A stretch of DNA of 64,000 nt from a virus, in IMG/VR virus record IMGVR_UViG_3300012984_000016, positions 1-64,000 of that record. The stretch is one strand, 5' to 3'. The translations under genes and the position numbers were made by a program. The stretch's first letter is position 1. Each line of letters begins with the position of its first letter. Of the stretch, positions 57,771 to 64,000 are shown in pieces. The notes beneath the pieces were generated by a model. That model was not told the DNA's origin and did not search any database. It saw only the letters and a program-made list of their open reading frames with translations.

Positions 57771-58004
57771 TCAGAACTTGTCGGTGACCAGTGCGAGCGG
57801 GTACTCCGGCAGGCCCGACGGGTCCGGGGTGCCGGGGATGGTGAGGTTGAAGCGCGAGGCGATCTCAGCGACGACGCGCTGGAGAGCCGCGCTCTCCCAG
57901 GCGAGAGTTGCCTGGTCCTCGCTGACAGCGGCCTGCAGGGCGTCCTTGGCGGACTGCAACTCCTCCAGGGTCATCGCGTCCGGGGTGATGGTGTCCCAAG
58001 CCAT
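57771..58004 (-). CDS. hypothetical protein
   Basis: GAAGGA RBS. Confidence 0.6.
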   Translation of the reverse strand: MAWDTITPDAMTLEELQSAKDALQAAVSEDQATLAWESAALQRVVAEIASRFNLTIPGTPDPSGLPEYPLALVTDKF

Positions 58005-58024
58005 GATCTTCCTTCCTTGACACT

Positions 58025-58059
58025 GAGGAGGGCGAAGGCGATGTGCCCTCGCCCTCCTC
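58025..58059 (-). terminator. stem-loop after the capsid operon
   Basis: GAGGAGGGCGA / TCGCCCTCCTC. Confidence 0.6.
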
Positions 58060-58082
58060 GGGGTGTGTGAACCGACCGGTGA

Positions 58083-58616
58083 CTACTTCTTGGCGTCGGC
58101 TGCCTTCGCAGCAGCCTCGGCCTCGGCAGCAGCGTCGTCCGCCGCCTTCTCGGCCTTCTTGGCACCCTTGCCCGTCTCCTCGGCCACCGACGCCTCGTGA
58201 GCAGCGATGTTGGCCTCCTTGCGGGCGCGGTCAGCCTCGTAGTCGAGACGGCCGAGACCGTCACCGATGCCGCGCTGTGCCTCGATGCGAAGGCGGTCGT
58301 TCTCGGCCTCGCCGACCACCGCCTCCTCCGAGTAGTAGCCCTGGACCTTGTTCGGGATGACCTCGACGCCGGTCGCCTCGAACAGGTCGGACGACGCAGC
58401 CTGCACGGCCTCGTAGTCCTCCTCGGTCGCGGGCTCGAGAACGCCTCGGTTGAGACCGCCACGCACGAAGTTCTGCGAGAGCGGGTAGTCGTCCGAGGGG
58501 AACTCCTTGACATCCAGGCCGCTGATGCTCCAGCCCGTACCACCGTCGATGTCGGCGACGATCTGGCGAACCAGACGGTCGGCCAACTTGACGTACTGCG
58601 GGTCGTTCTTCGCCAT
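58083..58616 (-). CDS. hypothetical protein downstream of MCP
   Basis: 177 aa, AGGA RBS. Confidence 0.7.
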   Translation of the reverse strand: MAKNDPQYVKLADRLVRQIVADIDGGTGWSISGLDVKEFPSDDYPLSQNFVRGGLNRGVLEPATEEDYEAVQAASSDLFEATGVEVIPNKVQGYYSEEAVVGEAENDRLRIEAQRGIGDGLGRLDYEADRARKEANIAAHEASVAEETGKGAKKAEKAADDAAAEAEAAAKAADAKK

Positions 58617-58670
58617 GATGACTGTCCTGCCTTCCTGTGGCCTTGAGACTTCTGCTCAGGAGAGCAGGGG

Positions 58671-59789
58671 TCAGCGGATCGGGACCGTCGGGCCCGGGTT
58701 GGTACCGATGGTCGTCGAGTAGTCCAGGACGAGGCGACCGTCCTTGAACAGGTTGGCGAACCCGGTGATGATGGAGGCGAACTCGGCCGTCAGTTGACGG
58801 CTGACGATCTTCTCCGACTCCAGGAGGAGCGGCATGGCCGTGAGTTGCACCATGGCCTTGGCGCGGTCGACGAACAGGATCTTCTTCGCGGGCACGTTGG
58901 GGTGCGTGAAGATGTCCTGGCTGGTCGGCAGCGGGTTGCTGAGGTTCAGCGTGACGCCCGACGGCGTGACACCGTTGGGGATCTGCGTCTTCTGGAACTC
59001 CGGCATGGCGAGGATCGACATCGCGTCGTTCTCGTTGACCACCATGACGGTCGAGATGCGACCGATCTGGCGGAAGCGGATCCAGGCCCGCACGATGTCC
59101 TGGTAGGTCAGCGTGTTGGCCGTGGTCGCGCCGATGACGGGAGCCGCCTCGGAACCGTCCGCCTGGTCGCCGTTGATCAGGATGTTGATCGCGTCGACAT
59201 CGAGGTCCCAGCCGAGTTGCTGGCCCAACTCCTCGAAGTAGATCGCGGCGAGGTCGAGCGGGGTGAACATGATCGACTCGTAGGTCTGCTTGAGACCGCG
59301 AGCCTTCTTCTTGATCGTGACCTGCTTCTCGGCCCAGGTGATGATCTGGCCCTCGGGGATGGTCGCGCCCTCGTTCACGTCGCGAAGTTGGACCTCGCTC
59401 TTGAACGACGAGACCGTCGAGAAGTCCATCTTCGGCATCGTGAGGCCGGTGGACTCGATGCTCTCCTCCGCAGCGATCAGCGAGCCGTAGAACGGCGCGT
59501 AGTCGAGGCCGCGAAGCACGGCGTCACGGAAGACCTCCGGGAACAGCCACCGGTTGAGTTCGGTGGTGTTGAGCATCTTGTTGACGGTCATGCCGTTCAT
59601 GTCGACGCCGAGTTGGCGGTAGAACGCCTCCGGCGTCATGTCCGCACCGAACGAGTCCGCGAGGTAGGACTTCAGCGTGATGCCTCCGTCGACCTCCTTG
59701 CGGATGCGCTGCAGTTCGTCGTGCAGAGCCTTGGTGTTGAAGTCGGCGTTGACGCCGACCCCCTTGAACTTACCTGCGATGGCAGTCAT
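58671..59789 (-). CDS. major capsid protein (HK97 fold)
   Basis: LFPEV, VNEGATIP, KKARGL..TYE, AINILINGD; GAGGA RBS. Confidence 0.88.
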   Translation of the reverse strand: MTAIAGKFKGVGVNADFNTKALHDELQRIRKEVDGGITLKSYLADSFGADMTPEAFYRQLGVDMNGMTVNKMLNTTELNRWLFPEVFRDAVLRGLDYAPFYGSLIAAEESIESTGLTMPKMDFSTVSSFKSEVQLRDVNEGATIPEGQIITWAEKQVTIKKKARGLKQTYESIMFTPLDLAAIYFEELGQQLGWDLDVDAINILINGDQADGSEAAPVIGATTANTLTYQDIVRAWIRFRQIGRISTVMVVNENDAMSILAMPEFQKTQIPNGVTPSGVTLNLSNPLPTSQDIFTHPNVPAKKILFVDRAKAMVQLTAMPLLLESEKIVSRQLTAEFASIITGFANLFKDGRLVLDYSTTIGTNPGPTVPIR

Positions 59790-59811
59790 GTCTGTGGATC
59801 CTCCTCTCGGA

Positions 59812-60246
59812 TCAGCGGTGGAGCAGGTCGAAGGAGTTGGTCGCGGTGGCACCCGTGAGGGCGATGCCGATGACCTTCTCCGTGGCGGACGGGACGACGC
59901 CCGTGGTGATGGGACGGACGGTGCCCGCCGCGCCGATGACGACGATGTCGCCCGCGACGATGGTGGCGTCCGCAGTCACCTGGTGGACGGCGAAGCCAGG
60001 CACCTCGACGGTGACCTGTCCGCCCGGGTTGCCCACCGGGTAGGTGGTGGAGGTGGCCGAACTGGTCCGCTTGACGTTCTTGACGGACACGCGACCCAGC
60101 ACCTGCTTGGTGCCGGTCGCCTGAACCACCGTGTAGTCAGCGGAGAGTTCGACCCAGTCACCGACATTGGCCGAGTAAGCGACACCCGTGTCCAGCGTCA
60201 GCGCGAGAAGGCCGGTGATCTTGCCACCGGGAGTCTTCGTGGTCAC
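59812..60246 (-). CDS. capsid decoration/cement protein
   Basis: small Gly/Thr/Val-rich protein with IGIAL motif immediately upstream of MCP. Confidence 0.7.
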   Translation of the reverse strand: MTTKTPGGKITGLLALTLDTGVAYSANVGDWVELSADYTVVQATGTKQVLGRVSVKNVKRTSSATSTTYPVGNPGGQVTVEVPGFAVHQVTADATIVAGDIVVIGAAGTVRPITTGVVPSATEKVIGIALTGATATNSFDLLHR

Positions 60247-60291
60247 TGTGCTTTCACATCCTTTCCTTCTAGCACTTAGGTTGAAACGGGG

Positions 60292-62181
60292 TCAGCCGTG
60301 GAGGCGACGGACGCGAGTGTCCGAGGCCTTGGTGTGCTGCTCGACGCCGTCCGGGATGGTCCCCACGGTCTTCTCGTGCGGGTCCGACTGAGCGGACGAC
60401 CGACGGACGGCGCGGGGGAACTTGGCGCGAGCCAGGTTCTTGTTCTCGTCGATCAGGGTCTTGACCAGTTCGACGTTGTCACCGCAGGCTTCGAGGATCT
60501 TCTGGAACGAGTCCACGGGGACACCCTTGTCGGTGCCGTCGGTGTGTGACTTGACGTACCAGTCGATCGCCTCGGCCTGCAGCGACTTGATGTACTCGTC
60601 GCCCATCTCGGCCTTGGGAGTCAGGTCGGAGACCTGCTTCGCCAGGGTCGAGTTGGACTCGGAGGCGGCGGTCAGGATGGCGAGAAGGCCGTTGTCACCG
60701 TCCTCACCACCCGCCGCTGCTGCGATCCACTCAGCGGGAACCTTGGCTGCGGTTGCGGCAGCCAGAACGGTCTTGCGACTCACGGTCTTCACTCCCTCCT
60801 GTGCATCGGGCTTGTCGGTGGTGTCCTCGTCCTCGTCCGAGGGCTCGTCACCCTCGGTTGAAGCGTCCTCAGCCGCGTCAGCGGCGTCGGTCACTTCCGA
60901 GTCGGGGCCACCGTCGACGGCAGGGTCTTCTCCGTCGGAGTCGTCCCCTGCGCCACCGACTGCGTCGTCTTCCGACCCCCCTTGCTCGTCGGCACCGAGT
61001 GATTCGCTGCCCCCGTCTTCTGGGCCCCCACGCTGCGCTTCGCCATCTGCATCCACCTCCTCTGTGGCTTCGAGAGCCTCGTTGTCGAGGTCCTCGTCGT
61101 CTTCGTCACTGGCCTCCTTGCCGAGGCACAGCGGCTCGTTGTCGCCCGGTGCGAACCGCCACACGAGCGAACGGTCGTCGACCCACTTGAGGGCACCGTC
61201 CTCCTCGCGGGTGGCACCCTTGGCGAGGGCTGCACGGACCTCGTCCGGCGTGTGCGGCATCTTGAAGGCCGAGGCCTCCTGGGACGACAGGCCGAGGAGC
61301 GGGGCCTTGGAGGCACTCGCTGCCTTGATCACGCCGTCGATGCCCGCACCCTTGTCGAGCGAGGCGTAGAACTGAGCCCCGAGGAACACCTGGCTCAGTT
61401 CGTAGAAGTCCTTGGCACCTTCCATCTTGCCCATGGCCTTGACGACGCCCTTGTCGGACGGCTGGCGCTCCATGGGGTAGCCGTACGAGTCGGTCTCGTC
61501 GGAGTTGGGGTCGTAGTACGAACCCTTGACGTGGCCCTCGTCGCACACGGACCAGCCCCACATGGTGTGCATGGTCTTCGAGCAGATGGAGCAGTTCATC
61601 GCGTCGAGCATGACGCCGACCGACACGGCCCAGTTGATGCCGAAGTCGATCGAGTTGATGAGCGCCTCGTTCTCCGGCGTGCGAGGGATGTACACCTCGT
61701 TCGTCAGGAAGGTGGCGTCGATCGCCTTGCCCTCGGCGTCGGTCACGTCGTCGCGGACCCCGGTGCCGAAGATGCGAGCGACCGGCATGCCCGAGTAGTC
61801 GTGGCCGGTCATGTACGACTTGCCGGTGGGACCGTAGGGCTCGGGCAGCGCCGCGAACTCCCTGATGGTCTCCTCGGTGAAGAAGTCGTCGTCACGGTCG
61901 GGGAGGGTGTTCGCCGACAGGGTCTCGAACACCGCGACCTGGTCCGCCGTCTTCGGCGAGAGGGTGAAGGTGTTGATGCGAGCGAGTTGCTCGTCCGTGG
62001 GGGTCTTGAGACCGCCGATCGCTCCGACCGACGAACCCGACCCGCCGCCCTCGGCGTCCTTCGCGTGGAACAGCGTGACGCGCTTGTCGACGGCCTTCTG
62101 GCCAGCGGTGACGGCGCGGGCTTCTGCGAGGGTGTCAGCAAGGGGCTGCGACTTGGCCTGCTTGAGAGTCTTGTGCTTCAC
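60292..62181 (-). CDS. capsid maturation protease-scaffold fusion
   Basis: DRDDD, VSVG, CSIC..C.H, YELSQVFLGAQ; acidic linker; helical C-terminus. Confidence 0.75.
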   Translation of the reverse strand: MKHKTLKQAKSQPLADTLAEARAVTAGQKAVDKRVTLFHAKDAEGGGSGSSVGAIGGLKTPTDEQLARINTFTLSPKTADQVAVFETLSANTLPDRDDDFFTEETIREFAALPEPYGPTGKSYMTGHDYSGMPVARIFGTGVRDDVTDAEGKAIDATFLTNEVYIPRTPENEALINSIDFGINWAVSVGVMLDAMNCSICSKTMHTMWGWSVCDEGHVKGSYYDPNSDETDSYGYPMERQPSDKGVVKAMGKMEGAKDFYELSQVFLGAQFYASLDKGAGIDGVIKAASASKAPLLGLSSQEASAFKMPHTPDEVRAALAKGATREEDGALKWVDDRSLVWRFAPGDNEPLCLGKEASDEDDEDLDNEALEATEEVDADGEAQRGGPEDGGSESLGADEQGGSEDDAVGGAGDDSDGEDPAVDGGPDSEVTDAADAAEDASTEGDEPSDEDEDTTDKPDAQEGVKTVSRKTVLAAATAAKVPAEWIAAAAGGEDGDNGLLAILTAASESNSTLAKQVSDLTPKAEMGDEYIKSLQAEAIDWYVKSHTDGTDKGVPVDSFQKILEACGDNVELVKTLIDENKNLARAKFPRAVRRSSAQSDPHEKTVGTIPDGVEQHTKASDTRVRRLHG

Positions 62182-62186
62182 CTCGA

Positions 62187-62315
62187 TCAGCCCTTCTTCT
62201 CGACGCCGCGTCCGCCGAACTGCTTACCGGGCGGTGCGGGCTTGACAGCGGTGGACCCCGAGTCGTCACTCTTGGGTGACTGCTCCTCGGGGGTGTCCTT
62301 CTTGTCCTCAGCCAT
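62187..62315 (-). CDS. 42-aa hypothetical protein
   Basis: AGGAG RBS before MAEDKKDTPEE. Confidence 0.5.
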   Translation of the reverse strand: MAEDKKDTPEEQSPKSDDSGSTAVKPAPPGKQFGGRGVEKKG

Positions 62316-62361
62316 GTTCACTGCTCCTATCATGAGACACAACGCCGCGCTAACAGTGAAC

Positions 62362-63867
62362 CTAGGAGTTGTCGGGCGGGTCTTCGAGGTCTGTGATTGT
62401 ACGGTCGAGGCTGGCACTGCGGTTGTTCTGGTTGTCCGCCTTGCCTCCACCGTCGTCGCCCAGGGCGTCGTTGGTGTTGGAGTTGCCACCGTTCTCGAGC
62501 AGCGGTGACTCGGGAGGCTCGGTGTACTCGGTCTTCACGTCCGCGAAGCCGAGACGCTGAGCCATGTCCTGCTGGTTCGTGATGCCCGAGGCCCACAGCG
62601 TGAGTTCGTTCTTGATTTCCATCGCCAGGGACTGAGCCATCTGCAGGCGGTTCAGGGTCTTGTTCTCGTTGAACTGGATCTTGACCGAGTCCACTCGCAG
62701 GCCCTGCAGATCCAGCGCCAGGCGGTAGCCCGCCTCGATCATGCGCTTGACCGCCTGCTGGTACTTCTTCGTGTTGCGGATGATGATGTCGTACGCCACC
62801 CCGGCGTAGGTCTCAGTCGTGGAGTACGACCGGCCCTGCACCGACGGCATGGACTTCAGGCCCGAGAAGATCAACTCCTCGTTCTGCTTGAAGATGTTGG
62901 TGGCTCCGGCAGCGTTGCCAGCCATGGACTGCGTCTTGACTTCCACGTCGTTGTAGTGGACCAGACCGCCGTCCCGCACCATGTCCTCGGTCGCGTCGAC
63001 GTAGGACTCCAGGAAGGCGCTCGCACGCGCTGCGAAGTCCTCGTCGGACTCGCCGGGGAGGGGCTGGAGTTGCTCGACCGACACGTCGATCATGGCCAAC
63101 AGGCCGATCTTCTTGACGATCTGGGACATGTTGGCGATCATGTCCTTCTGGATGCCGATGTTCATCAGGGCCGCGACGAACGGCGGGGTGCCGTACGGTG
63201 ACTCCGGCTCGGCGTCGAATGCGAAGTAGTGGAAGGTGATCGGGTTCAGCCGGATGCAGCCGTTGCGGACCTCCTGGCCCGCGCGCTTCCTGGCGTCCGC
63301 GACCGACAGCGCGACCTTCTGGTACGGCGCGTACTGCTGGATGTCCTCGTCCCAGAAGAACCGGATCGTCTTCGGGTTGATGTCTGCGAAGTCCAGCACC
63401 GTGGTCAGGTCGTCGTCCAGGACCCACTCGCCACACATGGCTCCGTACGTGGCTGCCTGGTCGAGCAACTTGTTGATCAGACCGTCGATGCCGCCGTGCG
63501 AGGCCTGCACTGTCTGGGCCAGGGTTTCGAGGTACTCCTTGGCCTTGCGCTTCTGCAGGTCCGAGCCCGCGTCCACCATGAGTTCGTGGCCGGAGTTGGC
63601 CAGGGTCCGCACGTTGTCCACGGCCTGGCTGTAGTCCGGGTTGTACGTGGCGAGCAACTCGATGTAGTCGAGGATGTCCCACGGCATGAAGTAGCCGAGC
63701 GGAGCGTACGAGTCGAACAGGCCCTTGACCTGGCCGTAAGCGCCGGTCTGGGGACCCAGGACCGCCGAGGTGATGGGCGACTTGGCCCCGCGAGCGCCGC
63801 TCTGGGCACGCTTGCCGGTGGGCGCTTCCCCGGGGTGAATCGGGTGCACCTGCCCATTACCAGCCAT
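62362..63867 (-). CDS. portal protein
   Basis: 501 aa, first gene of the head module; GEWV, INPKTIRF, SPYGTPP. Confidence 0.8.
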   Translation of the reverse strand: MAGNGQVHPIHPGEAPTGKRAQSGARGAKSPITSAVLGPQTGAYGQVKGLFDSYAPLGYFMPWDILDYIELLATYNPDYSQAVDNVRTLANSGHELMVDAGSDLQKRKAKEYLETLAQTVQASHGGIDGLINKLLDQAATYGAMCGEWVLDDDLTTVLDFADINPKTIRFFWDEDIQQYAPYQKVALSVADARKRAGQEVRNGCIRLNPITFHYFAFDAEPESPYGTPPFVAALMNIGIQKDMIANMSQIVKKIGLLAMIDVSVEQLQPLPGESDEDFAARASAFLESYVDATEDMVRDGGLVHYNDVEVKTQSMAGNAAGATNIFKQNEELIFSGLKSMPSVQGRSYSTTETYAGVAYDIIIRNTKKYQQAVKRMIEAGYRLALDLQGLRVDSVKIQFNENKTLNRLQMAQSLAMEIKNELTLWASGITNQQDMAQRLGFADVKTEYTEPPESPLLENGGNSNTNDALGDDGGGKADNQNNRSASLDRTITDLEDPPDNS

Positions 63868-64000
63868 GCGGCGCGCTCCTCAGGATTTGACGGGTGTCAT
63901 GCCATTATCTCTTGCGCTTGGACCCAAGAGTCCGAATGACTGCAACTCGGGCTCCGGCGATGGCTGCGACGCCCGCAACTTTACCGGCTCCCAGTTGAGT

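Noticed and set aside
5715-62345. Possible late promoter motif TGTGTC(A)TCATG on the minus strand near 5720 and 62335
   Set aside because: Only two loosely matching copies; not enough support without motif statistics
1-64000. Stop-codon reassignment
   Set aside because: Genes are full length under the standard code, all three stops are used, and the tRNA is not a suppressor

Overview
This window is most of the genome of a high-GC tailed dsDNA phage (siphovirus-type) infecting an actinobacterium (WhiB, actinophage-type tail genes). No integrase is visible. Layout: (1) a rightward early cassette at 407-5601 with an amidoligase and a class II glutamine amidotransferase; (2) a leftward accessory virion cassette at 5598-13076 behind a probable small terminase, which unexpectedly holds an acyl-CoA-ligase-type adenylating enzyme coupled to a GNAT-like gene; (3) a leftward replication, recombination and nucleotide block at 13236-30329 (RuvC, WhiB, a 5-hmdU DNA kinase-family protein, Cas4-like nuclease, RecA, DnaE, a thymidylate synthase/dUMP hydroxymethylase-like enzyme, dNMP kinase, SSB, a sigma region-2-only factor, primase, NADAR, DnaB); (4) a hairpin-rich divergent intergenic region; (5) a rightward block at 30791-38463 (SNF2 helicase, FkbM methyltransferase, histone-H1-like protein, tRNA-Gln); (6) the leftward lysis, tail and head module at 38576-63867 ending in the portal. 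Most notable: a putative phage-encoded acylation module (adenylating enzyme + GNAT) among virion genes, a thymidine hypermodification pathway with no recognisable downstream transferase in the window, strong avoidance of AGCT that may be linked to the tRNA-Gln(UUG), a +1 UUU_CGC frameshift candidate in the tail chaperone, and a repeated early promoter motif. All family assignments come from reading motifs by eye, not from database searches.
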